Notes: generated by a model not told the origin, from the sequence alone. A stretch of DNA of 64,000 nucleotides from Candidatus Omnitrophota bacterium (GCA_017993955.1 JAGOLR010000004.1:3601-67600), one strand, 5' to 3'. Counted from the stretch's first letter, positions 37,944 through 48,516 are shown. A program made the numbers and translations.

Positions 37944-38816
37944 TTGCGCGGCTTACTGGATAAGGGGGGGGCTATGGCAAACGATAGCCATGCGAAGGAA
38001 TCGAGGCCTTTGAAGATAAGGGAGCGTAAGCAATTCAGATTTCCACCGGGATACGGCGACCATAGGATAGTGGCGCTTGTGCGGGATCCCTGGTGGATTT
38101 TTTCTTATTGGGAGATACGCAGGGACAAGGAAGAAGAGCTTATACGCAAGATAGAATCGTCTGATGACAAGATAGATAAATCGGTTTTAAGGATATACGA
38201 TATTACGGATGTGAACTTTAACGGTTCAAACGCCAATTCATATTTCGACATAGAGCTTAAAGGTCTTGCGACAAACTGGTATATAAATGTCAACTCTCCG
38301 GAACGATCTTGGGTCATAGACATAGGGATAGTCTCCAAGAAGGGGAAATTCTACACTCTCGCCAGATCTAATGTAGTTAGGACTCCTCGATTCGGTATGT
38401 CAGACCAGCTTGACACCGAGTGGATGGCTTCTGAGGACGAATATTGGAAGATGTTCGGACTTTCGGGAGGTTTCGGTGTAGGCAAGGGTTCTCTGGAAGT
38501 GCGCGAGATGTTCAAAAAGAGACTGGAAGAACAGATCACATCCGGAGGGGTATCCAGCGGCGCTTCGTTTTATCGTAAACCTGTCGAGAGAAAATTCTGG
38601 CTTGTCGTTGACTGCGAGCTCATAGTTTATGGAGCTACTGAGCCGGATGCCCGAGTAACAGTTCAGGGAAAAGATATAAAGTTGAGGCCCGACGGCACTT
38701 TCACGATGCGTTTCGCGCTTCCAAACGGGGTACAGAATATACCGGTTGAGGCTACCTCACGCGACGGAATAGACTACCGGCGAATAACGCCTATAGTAAC
38801 ACGGAAGACAGAATAG
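37944..38816 (+). CDS. DUF4912 domain protein (a frequent partner of GH57 genes)
   Basis: RIVALVRDPWWIFSYWEI motif characteristic of DUF4912. It is adjacent to GH57 genes. Confidence 0.6.
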   Translation: MRGLLDKGGAMANDSHAKESRPLKIRERKQFRFPPGYGDHRIVALVRDPWWIFSYWEIRRDKEEELIRKIESSDDKIDKSVLRIYDITDVNFNGSNANSYFDIELKGLATNWYINVNSPERSWVIDIGIVSKKGKFYTLARSNVVRTPRFGMSDQLDTEWMASEDEYWKMFGLSGGFGVGKGSLEVREMFKKRLEEQITSGGVSSGASFYRKPVERKFWLVVDCELIVYGATEPDARVTVQGKDIKLRPDGTFTMRFALPNGVQNIPVEATSRDGIDYRRITPIVTRKTE

Positions 38817-38820
38817 AGAC

Positions 38821-40410
38821 ATGCCAAAAGGTTACCTTTCCATAGTACTCCACGCACATCTGCCTTTCGTGCGCCATCCTGAGTTCGAAGACTTCCTGGA
38901 AGAAGACTGGCTTTTTGAGGCAATAACTGAGACCTACATACCGCTCATAAAGGTATTCGAGGGCTTGGAGCGGGACAATGTAGATTACCGCCTTACGGTT
39001 TCCCTTTCTCCCACCCTCATGGCGATGTTGATGGATGAGCACCTTCAGACCAAGTACCTGCGCCATCTTGAAAAATTGATAGAGCTGTCAGAGAAGGAGA
39101 TCGAGCGTACCAGGTGGGAACCGCAGTTTAACCGTCTGGCCCACCTCTACAATAATATGTTCCGCGAGGCCCGCCATATATTCGCCGACCGGTATAAGAT
39201 GAACCTCGTGAACGCATTCAAGCATTTCCAGGATACCGGGCGTCTTGAGGTAATAACATGTTGCGCCACTCACGGATATCTGCCTCTTATGGAAGTCGAG
39301 CGCCAGGCCTCGGTTCGTGCTCAGGTGAAAGTCGCCACAGATATGTATCAGAGTATCTTTGGCAAGAAGACCATAGGAATATGGTTGCCGGAGTGCGGGT
39401 ATAACCCGGGCGATGACGAGGTGCTCAAAAAAGAGGGGATAAAATATTTTCTGGTAGATACCCACGGCATATTGTTCGGCTCGCCCAGGCCGCGTTACGG
39501 CGTCTTCAGCCCTTATTTTTGCAAAAGCGGAGTGGCCGCATATGCCAGGGATGTGGAATCTTCTAAGGCTGTGTGGAGCGCCGTGGAAGGTTATCCCGGT
39601 GACTATAATTACAGGGAGTTTTACCGCGACATAGGTTTCGACACCGATTACGAATATATCAGGCCTTACATAAACGCGGACGGAACCCGCATTATGACAG
39701 GTATAAAATACTACAAGATAACCGGTAATACAAATCACAAAGAAGCGTATAACCCGGAAGCCGCCATGGAGAGAGCCGCCCAGCAGGCCGGCAACTTCAT
39801 GTTCAATCGCGAGAAGCAGGTAGAGTATCTTTTAGGACAGATGGGCGATAGGAAGCCTATAATAGTGGCTCCTTATGATGCCGAGCTATACGGCCATTGG
39901 TGGTTTGAAGGACCCATGTGGCTTAATTTCCTGATAAGAAAGATCCGTTACGATCAGGATACCATTGCTCTGACAACTCCCGGCGACTACCTTAAACTTT
40001 ACAAAAAGTATCAGGTGCTCTCTCCCGCCGCTTCGAGTTGGGGATGGAAAGGCTACAGCGAGGTATGGCTTGAGGGATCCAATGACTGGATGTATCGGCA
40101 TATGCATAAGATGGTGGAGCGTATGGTAGAAGTGGCGAATACCAACCGTAACGCAAAGGGTCTCCTTCTCAGGGCGCTTAACCAGATGGCCAGAGAATTA
40201 CTACTAGCCCAATCCAGCGACTGGGCCTTCATAATGAAGACGGGTTCTCATGTCCCTTACGCCGTCGAGAGGTTCAGGGAGCATACGGAGCATTTCACCG
40301 AACTTTATGAGGATGTGAAGCAGGGCGCTCTTGACGAAGAATACATAAGAATGCTTGAGGGGAAGTATACCATCTTCCCGAATATCGATTATTCAGTATA
40401 CGCGCATTAA
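38821..40410 (+). CDS. Glycoside hydrolase family 57 protein (GH57 alpha-glucan branching enzyme-like)
   Basis: N-terminal GYLSIVLHAHLPFVRHPE motif typical of GH57 GlgB-type enzymes. Confidence 0.75.
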   Translation: MPKGYLSIVLHAHLPFVRHPEFEDFLEEDWLFEAITETYIPLIKVFEGLERDNVDYRLTVSLSPTLMAMLMDEHLQTKYLRHLEKLIELSEKEIERTRWEPQFNRLAHLYNNMFREARHIFADRYKMNLVNAFKHFQDTGRLEVITCCATHGYLPLMEVERQASVRAQVKVATDMYQSIFGKKTIGIWLPECGYNPGDDEVLKKEGIKYFLVDTHGILFGSPRPRYGVFSPYFCKSGVAAYARDVESSKAVWSAVEGYPGDYNYREFYRDIGFDTDYEYIRPYINADGTRIMTGIKYYKITGNTNHKEAYNPEAAMERAAQQAGNFMFNREKQVEYLLGQMGDRKPIIVAPYDAELYGHWWFEGPMWLNFLIRKIRYDQDTIALTTPGDYLKLYKKYQVLSPAASSWGWKGYSEVWLEGSNDWMYRHMHKMVERMVEVANTNRNAKGLLLRALNQMARELLLAQSSDWAFIMKTGSHVPYAVERFREHTEHFTELYEDVKQGALDEEYIRMLEGKYTIFPNIDYSVYAH

Positions 40411-40444
40411 TCCGCAGCCCGGTTTTTATACCCAAAGATAACCT

Positions 40445-42127
40445 ATGTTCGATCCCAAAAAGAAATTGTCGGTCGCTTTTCTGTGGCATATGCATCAGCC
40501 GTTTTATAAGGACACGGTTACGGGGGAATATCTGATGCCGTGGGTAAGGTTGCACGGCGTGAAAGATTACTATCCCATGGCGGCCCTTGTCGAGAACTTT
40601 ACCGATATAAAAGCCACGTTTAATATGGTGCCATCCCTCGTCGAGCAGATCGACGATTATGCCCGCAATGACGCATCGGACCTATTTCTGGAACTCTCAA
40701 AGAAGAAGGCGAGCGGTCTCTCCTCCGAAGAGAGATGTGCCGTAATAAGGGATTTCTTCCACGTTAATTTTAAGCAATTTATCGAGCCTAGCGCCCGTTA
40801 TCTGGAACTTTATATGAAACGCGGCGATAAACCGGTTACTCCCGCTATGCTTAAAAATGCCGCAAAGCGGCTCACCGACCAGGATCTACTAGACCTTCAG
40901 GTGCTCTTTAACCTGGCTTGGTTCCATTCGATCAGTATAGAGGAAGACATAAATCTGAAGGATATAATATCGAAGCGCGAGTCTTTTACGGAAGAGGACA
41001 AAGAATATGTGCTGGATCGCCAGAAGGATATACTAAGTCAGATAATACCGCTATACAGGAAGCTTCTGGATGATGGCAGGATAGATATAACTACTACACC
41101 ATATTATCATCCGATCCTGCCGCTTCTTTGTGATACTGAGATAGCTGCGATATCGCTTCCCGGCCGTGAGCTTCCGAAAAGGCGTTTTAAGCATCCCGAA
41201 GACGCCTTATGGCAGATAGAATCGGCTATAAGGTACCATACCCTTCAGTTCGGGCAGGCTCCGGTGGGCATGTGGCCCTCAGAGGGCAGCGTATCGGACG
41301 AGACTCTGGATATAGCTATGTCCAAGGGGATAAGATGGATAGCCACTGACGAGGATATCCTTTTCAGGAGCCTCTCTTCCTATGACAGAAAATATCACGG
41401 CGTTACCGATTTCGACAGGCGTATAATATACAGGCCTTACAGATATGCAAAAGGCCGCAAGGACATCAGCGTAATATTCAGGGATAAGAATATATCGGAT
41501 ATAGTGAGTTTTAATTATAACGAGTGGAATCAGGACGAAGCGGCCTGGGATCTTATGAGCCATTTTAAACGGGTAGCCGAAAATCTGAGGCGTGATACGG
41601 ATAGGGGATTATTGACCATCGCGATGGACGGCGAGAACGCCTGGGAATTTTTTCAGGATAATGGCCGGAGGTTTTTCGAGGTGCTTTACGCTAACCTGGA
41701 TAAGCAGGAAGACGTTTGCTCCTCTACTATAAGCGAGTTCCTGTCTATAGAGCCGCCTAAGAGGCAGATATCGAATATATTCCCCGGTTCCTGGATAAAC
41801 CATAATTTCGACATATGGATAGGGCAGGAGCAGGATAATATTTCCTGGGGATATCTGGATGCCGTCCGGCGGGATCTGGTGAAATTCACCAAAGAGCTGG
41901 AAAGGTCGCAAGAGACCGACCGCGCCAGACTTGATGCCGCGTGGAAAGAGTTTTATATATCCGAAGGAAGCGACTGGAATTGGTGGTATGAGGGGCAGGC
42001 CCATGCCGGTAATAAGAATCCTTTCGACAAGGTATACAGGGCGCATCTTAAGAATGTTTACAAGATATTGAAGAAACCGGCGCCGGAATTCTTAAAAGAA
42101 TCTATAAACGAAAAGCGTAAAGCATAA
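40445..42127 (+). CDS. Glycoside hydrolase family 57 protein (alpha-amylase/4-alpha-glucanotransferase-like)
   Basis: FLWHMHQPFY N-terminal motif of GH57. Confidence 0.7.
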   Translation: MFDPKKKLSVAFLWHMHQPFYKDTVTGEYLMPWVRLHGVKDYYPMAALVENFTDIKATFNMVPSLVEQIDDYARNDASDLFLELSKKKASGLSSEERCAVIRDFFHVNFKQFIEPSARYLELYMKRGDKPVTPAMLKNAAKRLTDQDLLDLQVLFNLAWFHSISIEEDINLKDIISKRESFTEEDKEYVLDRQKDILSQIIPLYRKLLDDGRIDITTTPYYHPILPLLCDTEIAAISLPGRELPKRRFKHPEDALWQIESAIRYHTLQFGQAPVGMWPSEGSVSDETLDIAMSKGIRWIATDEDILFRSLSSYDRKYHGVTDFDRRIIYRPYRYAKGRKDISVIFRDKNISDIVSFNYNEWNQDEAAWDLMSHFKRVAENLRRDTDRGLLTIAMDGENAWEFFQDNGRRFFEVLYANLDKQEDVCSSTISEFLSIEPPKRQISNIFPGSWINHNFDIWIGQEQDNISWGYLDAVRRDLVKFTKELERSQETDRARLDAAWKEFYISEGSDWNWWYEGQAHAGNKNPFDKVYRAHLKNVYKILKKPAPEFLKESINEKRKA

Positions 42128-42218
42128 AACCATGGTGTCGTTTAGCGATCTTGTATCCTAACGTCGAAAAGTTGAAGTAGTTTTTAACTTTTAGTTTTAG
42201 TTTTGCTCTAAGCAGATT

Positions 42219-42252
42219 TTACTTGCACTAGATTTTTGAAAGGCGTATAATT
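42219..42252 (+). promoter_or_regulatory. Sigma-70-like promoter TTGCAC-N17-TATAAT
   Basis: ttgcactagatttttgaaaggcgtataat lies 28 nt upstream of the DUF2934 gene ATG. Confidence 0.45.
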
Positions 42253-42280
42253 TAAATCCAACGGGAAAGGGGGGAAAAAA

Positions 42281-42463
42281 ATGGCAAAATCATCTTTTAA
42301 ATTGACCAGATCCTCTACGTCAGGGGCGTCGAAGGACGATTTGCGTAAACTCGTAGAGAAGAAGGCTTATGAGCTCTATGAGAAGAGAGGCAAGAAGCCG
42401 GGTTATGCAATGAATGACTGGCTAGAGGCTGAGAGGATCGTAAAGGCCAAGTTTTCCAGCTAA
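42281..42463 (+). CDS. DUF2934 family small protein
   Basis: KKAYELYEKRGKKPGYAMNDWLEAERIVKA motif. A paralog lies at 52560-52754. Confidence 0.65.
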   Translation: MAKSSFKLTRSSTSGASKDDLRKLVEKKAYELYEKRGKKPGYAMNDWLEAERIVKAKFSS

Positions 42464-42493
42464 TAGTTATCGGTTACTGTTAGCAATGAAATT

Positions 42494-42538
42494 GCAGGCA
42501 GGGTAGCGAAATGCATTATTTCGTGCCCTGCCTTTTTG
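42494..42538 (+). terminator. Intrinsic terminator
   Basis: GCAGGCAGGG...CCCTGCCTTTTTG. Confidence 0.7.
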
Positions 42539-42691
42539 TATATATGATAATTATATGGTATAATATAACAATATATAAACCATGATTAAACAGATTTGCA
42601 GAAGATTACATAGGTTACCTTAGCGGAACTTAATTTGTGTAATCTATTTTTTTAATATGAGCCATTATATAGATGCTTTTGGAGATATAAT

Positions 42692-43291
42692 ATGAAGGAA
42701 TTCCTTCTGTCCTTTATACCTATATTTGTAGCTATCGATGCCATAGGTGTATTACCCATATTTATAGGTTTTACGGAGCATTTAAAAAAGCGTGAAAAAC
42801 ACAGGATAGTGGCGCAGTCGATGGCCACCGCTTTTGTAATAGGAATAATATTTTTATTTCTCGGAAAGTTGATATTGAAGGCCCTTGGCGTGAACGTGGC
42901 AGATTTCAAAATCGCAGGTGGCCTGGTGCTTTTAGTTATAGCTTTACGGGACCTCCTGCGTTACGAAAAGCTGGGCAGACTATCCCCGGATACCATGGGG
43001 GCTGTGCCTATAGGGACACCGCTTGTGACAGGCCCCGCAGTGCTGACTACCATACTCATCCTTTTAGACTCTTACGGAATGTTTTTAACCGTTTTGTCAT
43101 TCACTGTAAACCTTCTTATCGCATGGGCGATATTTTACTATGCTTCGGAGATATCGCATGTATTGGGCAAGGCAGGATCCAAGGCCGTATCTAAAATCGC
43201 TCACCTTCTCCTGGCCGCTATAGCTATAATGATGATGAGGATAGGAGTTATAGACACAGTAGTCAACTTCCTGTCGCAACAGAAGATCTGA
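42692..43291 (+). CDS. MarC family (UPF0056) integral membrane protein
   Basis: Six-TM protein with the N-terminal LLSFIPIFVAIDAIGVLPIF motif typical of MarC. Confidence 0.65.
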   Translation: MKEFLLSFIPIFVAIDAIGVLPIFIGFTEHLKKREKHRIVAQSMATAFVIGIIFLFLGKLILKALGVNVADFKIAGGLVLLVIALRDLLRYEKLGRLSPDTMGAVPIGTPLVTGPAVLTTILILLDSYGMFLTVLSFTVNLLIAWAIFYYASEISHVLGKAGSKAVSKIAHLLLAAIAIMMMRIGVIDTVVNFLSQQKI

Positions 43292-43351
43292 GTTTTTCGT
43301 TATCGGCAGAATACGTAATTTTTAAAAGATATAATTATTTTGGGGGATTGT

Positions 43352-43996
43352 ATGAACATAATGATAATCGGCTCAGGCAGGGTAGGGTCGCAGCTTGCTC
43401 TTCTCCTGTCACAGGAGGGGCACAATGTCACTATAGTAGACAGAAATGCCGATTCTTTTAAGCGCCTTGGGAATAGTTTTAACGGGGTTACTGCAGTAGG
43501 GAACGGTTTTGACGAGGGTCTTCTCAGGCAACTTAAAATAGAAAAGCAGGATGCTTTTGTTTCAGTTACAAGCGGCGACAACACGAATCTTATGGCCAGC
43601 CAGATAGCTAAAAAGATATTCCAGGTGCCCAGAGTCATGGCAAGGGTCTACGATCCTGCCAGGGCCGATATATATAAGAAACTCGGGTTGGACATAATAA
43701 GCGGCACGACCCTTGTGGCTGCCATGATAAGGGATAAGATAATAGAGAACCGTTTCTCCAGTTATCTGATAGAGACCGGAGAGCTTGGTGTAATAGAGAT
43801 AGTGGTAGATGATGAGTTGAAAGGCAAATCTGTAAAAGATGTCGCTATTCCGGACGAATTTTTAGTCGCTGTTATAGAGCGTAAAAAGAAAGTCATAATT
43901 CCGCAACCTGATACAAGGTTAGAGTCGGCAGACAAGATCATGGGTATTGTCAGGACGACGAGTCTTAAGAAGGTGAAAGAGAGATTCAGGCTTTAG
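43352..43996 (+). CDS. trkA: Potassium transporter peripheral subunit TrkA (half-size, TrkA-N plus TrkA-C)
   Basis: N-terminal Rossmann motif IIGSGRVG. Confidence 0.8.
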   Translation: MNIMIIGSGRVGSQLALLLSQEGHNVTIVDRNADSFKRLGNSFNGVTAVGNGFDEGLLRQLKIEKQDAFVSVTSGDNTNLMASQIAKKIFQVPRVMARVYDPARADIYKKLGLDIISGTTLVAAMIRDKIIENRFSSYLIETGELGVIEIVVDDELKGKSVKDVAIPDEFLVAVIERKKKVIIPQPDTRLESADKIMGIVRTTSLKKVKERFRL

Positions 43997-44041
43997 TGTT
44001 TAGGGTCCGGTCAGCGGTCTAGACATGCCAAGGAGATCCTT

Positions 44042-44707
44042 ATGTATATAGTTATCATAGGCGGCGGTAGGATAGGATTGAACCTAGCGCAGAAACTGGT
44101 TAATGACAAGCATGCCGTTACTATTATCGAGAAGGATAAAGTGCAGTGTGACGAGATATCCCAGGAGCTGGACGCTTTGATAGTTCAGGGTGACGGGTGC
44201 GAACCTAAATGTCTTGAAGACGCCGAGGTCGGCAGGGCCGATGTGGTAGCTGCTGTGACAGCAGATGACGAAGACAATTTTATCATATGCCAGCTCGCAA
44301 AAGAGGTATTTGGCGTGCGCCGTACGGTAGCCAGGGTGAATAACCCGAAAAATGAGCATATATTCACTGAGCTTGGCGTAGATGTGCCTATAAACGCAAC
44401 CACTATAATAGCCAAGATAATCGAAGAAGAGACAAGCTTCGAGGATTTTATAAATCTCATGACATTCAAACGAGGTAAGCTGGCGCTGGTACGCGTAGAT
44501 CTCTCGGCCGATTCTCCGGTAATAGATAAGGCGGTAAAGGATGTGGAGTTACCGAAGAATTCAGTTATAGTTTCCATAGTGAGAGGGGATAGTCTCATAG
44601 TCCCAAAAGGGGATACGGTACTTTTAAAAGGGGACGATGTCATAGCCCTTACCGCTATCGAAAATGAACAGCAGCTTTTAGATCTGCTTGTAGGCAAGAT
44701 CAGATAG
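44042..44707 (+). CDS. trkA: Second half-size TrkA (TrkA-N plus TrkA-C)
   Basis: IIGGGRIG Rossmann motif and a C-terminal TrkA-C domain. Confidence 0.8.
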   Translation: MYIVIIGGGRIGLNLAQKLVNDKHAVTIIEKDKVQCDEISQELDALIVQGDGCEPKCLEDAEVGRADVVAAVTADDEDNFIICQLAKEVFGVRRTVARVNNPKNEHIFTELGVDVPINATTIIAKIIEEETSFEDFINLMTFKRGKLALVRVDLSADSPVIDKAVKDVELPKNSVIVSIVRGDSLIVPKGDTVLLKGDDVIALTAIENEQQLLDLLVGKIR

Positions 44708-44857
44708 GATACAAGTGAAGACCATCTTTCAATACGTGCACGCTTTTCTTAGTGGTATATGGAAAGGAGTGCTGGGTATCTATATAGAGATAGTATTCAC
44801 TCTGGCGATAATGATCATCGGATTGTGCGTCTGTGTCTTTTGGTGGGGTGCGGCGCA

Positions 44858-46363
44858 ATGATATTAAAACCCACTCTGGCCGACTACAAGATAATAGGCT
44901 ATTATCTCGGTAAGATAACCGTGGGCTTGGGTATAATGATGATGATACCGCTTGCCATAGCCTTTTTATACGGAGAATTTTCCCCCGCAGTTGATTTCCT
45001 GCTAAGCATATCGCTGACATTCCTCTTAGGCTTGATCCTTATAGTCATATGCTATACAAAGGAAGACCTTGCTACAATGCATGCCATGTCGGTGGCTTCG
45101 CTCTCATGGCTCGTAGCTATGGTCGTATCCGCGGTTCCTCTATATCTAAGCGGCCATTATGCCTGTTTTTTGGACGCGTGTTTCGAATCTATGAGCGGAT
45201 ATGCCACTACCGGTCTTACCCTATCAAACGACATGGATCACATGGCAAACGCGCATAACTTCTGGCGCCATCTTACCATGTATATAGGAGGGCAGGGTAT
45301 TATGGTGATCGCTCTGACCTTCTTATTCAGGGGTACCGCCGGTTCTTTCAAGATATACCTGGGCGAGGCACGGGACGAGAGAGTCCTTCCGAATGTCATA
45401 CACACCGCGAGGTTTATATGGATGGTAAGTCTTGTATATCTTATTCTAGGGAGCGCGGCTCTTTCGGTGAGCGCTATAGTCGGCGGCCTTCCTCCCGGTA
45501 AAGCGGTTTTTGATTCAATATGTATCTTTATGGCAGCCTGGGATACAGGCGGTTTTACCCCGCAGTCGCAGAGCATACTTTTTTACCATAACCATATTTT
45601 TGAATTAATAACGGTATCTTTGATGCTTTTAGGTTCGATAAATTTTGCGCTCCATTATGCCGTATGGACCGGGAACAGGAAAGAGTTGTGGCGGAACATA
45701 GAGATAGTGACATTCCTTATCAGTATAATAGCCACGCTTTCTATTACTGCATGGGGCGTGGCCGGTAGAGGAGTATATACCGACGCCGTGCCATTTTTCC
45801 GCAAAGTCTTTTATCAGCTGGTTTCCGGTCATACCGGTACTGGCTATACCACCATCTATTCTCGCCAGTTTGTCAATGAATGGGGGCAATTGAGCATGTT
45901 GGGCATAGTGATCGCCATGGCTATAGGAGGGAGCATGTGCTCTACCACCGGCGCCATAAAGGTCCTGAGGATAGGTGTATTATTCAAGGCGCTTAAGCAG
46001 GATATAAAGAAGCTTTTGATACCGGAGACGGCCGTGTTGATACAGAAGTTCCATCATATAAGGGATTATATCTTGGAGGATAAATACGTAAGAAATGCCG
46101 CGCTTATTTTAATTTCCTACATATTCCTTTATCTCGTCGGAACTATAGCAGGTATGTTGTGCGGGTACGATCTTATCACGAGTTCTTTTGAATCGGTATC
46201 GGCCGCCGCCAACGTGGGTCTTTCGTGCGGTATAACTGTGCCTTCGATGCCAAGTATACTCAAGATTGTTTATATAGTACAAATGTGGGCAGGCAGGCTT
46301 GAATTTATATCCATATTAGCTCTATCCGGTATGTTATTTGCGGCTTTGAAAGGGAAGAGATGA
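44858..46363 (+). CDS. trkH: TrkH/KtrB family potassium uptake membrane protein
   Basis: Repeated M1-P-M2 pore architecture with selectivity-filter glycine segments (TGLT, TGGFT). Start set at the ATG after the GGTGGGG RBS. Confidence 0.8.
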   Translation: MILKPTLADYKIIGYYLGKITVGLGIMMMIPLAIAFLYGEFSPAVDFLLSISLTFLLGLILIVICYTKEDLATMHAMSVASLSWLVAMVVSAVPLYLSGHYACFLDACFESMSGYATTGLTLSNDMDHMANAHNFWRHLTMYIGGQGIMVIALTFLFRGTAGSFKIYLGEARDERVLPNVIHTARFIWMVSLVYLILGSAALSVSAIVGGLPPGKAVFDSICIFMAAWDTGGFTPQSQSILFYHNHIFELITVSLMLLGSINFALHYAVWTGNRKELWRNIEIVTFLISIIATLSITAWGVAGRGVYTDAVPFFRKVFYQLVSGHTGTGYTTIYSRQFVNEWGQLSMLGIVIAMAIGGSMCSTTGAIKVLRIGVLFKALKQDIKKLLIPETAVLIQKFHHIRDYILEDKYVRNAALILISYIFLYLVGTIAGMLCGYDLITSSFESVSAAANVGLSCGITVPSMPSILKIVYIVQMWAGRLEFISILALSGMLFAALKGKR

Positions 46364-46881
46364 ATAATATTTTTTTGCAACCGGGTAAAAGTATTCAGCT
46401 AGCAAACTTGCCGGTCTTTACAATATTTTTGCTATTGATTTCAATATGCGGCTTGCTCTACGCCGATACCATGGAAGTCTCAAGCAGGCGCCTGATAGAA
46501 CACTCCAAGTTCTATGACGGCAAGGAAATAACTTACAAAGGAGAGGCGATCACAGCCGTTATGAAACGCGGTGATTACGGATGGGTGAACTTGAGCGATG
46601 GTGATAACGCCATCGGTATATGGTGCAAGTCGTCGTATCTGGAAAAAATCAATTATCTGGGGGGGTATGACTCCAAGGGTGACACGGTAGAGGTAACTGG
46701 AATATTTAACAGGGCATGTCAGGAGCACGGAGGCGATCTCGATATACATGCAGATACTATTATAGTAAAAAAGTCAGGCTATTTTATAGCTGAAAATATA
46801 AACAACAAAAAGATAAGGCTTATAATAGCGGTCTTTCTTGTTGTTATAGCCTTAGTCCTGATATTCAGAAAAAGGATATAA
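46360..46881 (+). CDS. Bitopic membrane protein of unknown function
   Basis: N-terminal and C-terminal hydrophobic helices flank a soluble domain. Confidence 0.4.
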   Translation: MNNIFLQPGKSIQLANLPVFTIFLLLISICGLLYADTMEVSSRRLIEHSKFYDGKEITYKGEAITAVMKRGDYGWVNLSDGDNAIGIWCKSSYLEKINYLGGYDSKGDTVEVTGIFNRACQEHGGDLDIHADTIIVKKSGYFIAENINNKKIRLIIAVFLVVIALVLIFRKRI

Positions 46882-46883
46882 AA

Positions 46884-47477
46884 ATGTCGAAAGTCCGACG
46901 TTATTTTGTCACAGGCCTATTAATAACGCTTCCTGTATTTTTTACTCTCTATTTCTTTTTTATAATATTCAGATTCATAGACGGCATATGCGGTAAGGTA
47001 ATAAATATTTTTCTAATCAAACACTTCGGTTTCGGTATACCGGGGCTGGGTATAATACTGGGACTGTTGACGGTAGTGCTGGTAGGTTTTATCGCGACAA
47101 ATTTTTTCGGGAAAAAGCTATTCCACGTGATAGAGGCCTGGTTCCTGAAGCTTCCGCTCATAAGGCAAGTCTACCCTGCGGCAAAGCAGGTAGTCAGTTC
47201 CATAATATCCAGGGAGAGCCGGGCTTTTAAAAAGGTTGTTATGGTCGAGTATCCTTCGAAAGGCATCTGGTCTATAGGGTTCGTCACCAATGATAGTTTT
47301 AAGGAAGCCGAGAAGGCGGTGGGTGAGGAATTATTGCACGTATTCATAGCTACCTCTCCCAGCCCGTTGACCGGCTATCTAGTTCTTATGCCTAAAAGCG
47401 TTGTCAAAGATCTGAACATATCCGTTGAGCAGGGTTTAAAGCTTATAGTGTCAGGCGGTATAATAAAGCCACTTTGA
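46884..47477 (+). CDS. DUF502 family membrane protein
   Basis: N-terminal MSKVRRYFVTGLLITLPVFFTLYFF motif typical of DUF502. Confidence 0.6.
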   Translation: MSKVRRYFVTGLLITLPVFFTLYFFFIIFRFIDGICGKVINIFLIKHFGFGIPGLGIILGLLTVVLVGFIATNFFGKKLFHVIEAWFLKLPLIRQVYPAAKQVVSSIISRESRAFKKVVMVEYPSKGIWSIGFVTNDSFKEAEKAVGEELLHVFIATSPSPLTGYLVLMPKSVVKDLNISVEQGLKLIVSGGIIKPL

Positions 47478-47490
47478 AAGGTCTCTTGTC

Positions 47491-48516
47491 TTGAATGCTT
47501 TGGTAAGCACCACACTTCTCGTAATTCTCCTATCCTTCGCCGCCCTTACCGCGGCTTGCGAGATAGCCATGGTTGCGGTCAGCCGCCTTAGATTAAGAAA
47601 ATTATCCTCCGAAGGCTCTAAGACCGCCAAGACTATTCTGCATATCCTGGAAGTCCCCGAACGCTTCTTTAGCACTATGCTTGTTACGAATAATATAGTG
47701 GGGGCTCTTATCGCGGTGCTCGTAACGGAGATGGTGATAAGGGTCTTCGGAATAAGCGGAAGCCTCGACGTTATTATATCAACGGTGGTGGCTTCGGTTC
47801 TTATAATAGTATCCGAAGTAACGGCTAAGACCATAGCTACGCAATATCCCGAGAAGATATCGTTTCTTTTGGCGCGTCCGATCAATATTTTTGTAAAGGT
47901 ATTCTCTCCCGTGGTGGCTATCTTTGCTTTTATTACAGAGAAGATAGTAAGGCTTGTCGGAGCGCAAAAGAAGGGCAAAGTATCGCTTGTAAGCGCAGAA
48001 GAGATAAGGACCCTTATAAAGATCGGCGAGGAGGAAGGCATACTAAATAAGGAAGAATCCGGTATGCTATCCCGGATATTCGATCTTCGGGGGACGATAG
48101 TGAAGAAAGTAATGACGCCCAGGACCGAGATGACATCGATAGACGTGGTGTCCAAGTTCGATGATATAGTCGATAAGGTATCGGAATCCGGATATTCGCG
48201 TATACCGGTTTATAAAGATAAACCCGAAAATATAATAGGGCTTATAAATTCAAAAGATCTATTGAATCTATCCGTGAACAGAGACCTCATACTGCTGCAG
48301 GATATAATATACCCAGCGACCTTTGTATCGCAGGACAAAAAGGTTTCGGAATTACTGAAAGAGTTCCAGAAAGGGCACACACATCTGGCCATAGTGGTGG
48401 ATAGCGACGGTAAAGCCCAGGGGGTCGTAACTCTTGAGGACCTCTTGGAAGAGATAGTAGGTGAAATAGAAGACGAGTATGACGTGCGCGCCAACCTCCA
48501 TAAAAACAGGAAATAG
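47491..48516 (+). CDS. CNNM/DUF21 transmembrane domain protein with CBS pair (HlyC/CorC family transporter lacking the CorC_HlyC tail)
   Basis: DUF21 four-TM N terminus followed by two CBS domains. Confidence 0.75.
   Translation: MNALVSTTLLVILLSFAALTAACEIAMVAVSRLRLRKLSSEGSKTAKTILHILEVPERFFSTMLVTNNIVGALIAVLVTEMVIRVFGISGSLDVIISTVVASVLIIVSEVTAKTIATQYPEKISFLLARPINIFVKVFSPVVAIFAFITEKIVRLVGAQKKGKVSLVSAEEIRTLIKIGEEEGILNKEESGMLSRIFDLRGTIVKKVMTPRTEMTSIDVVSKFDDIVDKVSESGYSRIPVYKDKPENIIGLINSKDLLNLSVNRDLILLQDIIYPATFVSQDKKVSELLKEFQKGHTHLAIVVDSDGKAQGVVTLEDLLEEIVGEIEDEYDVRANLHKNRK

Noticed and set aside
42140-42215. GAAAAGTTGAAGTAG...AACTTTTAG hairpin and TTTTAGTTTTAG direct repeats upstream of the first DUF2934 gene, considered as another copy of the AAAGTG repeat family or a mini-CRISPR
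   Set aside because: Only two short tandem units are present and there are no spacers. Similarity to the AAAGTGTAAAG family is weak. It was treated as ordinary promoter-proximal AT-rich sequence.
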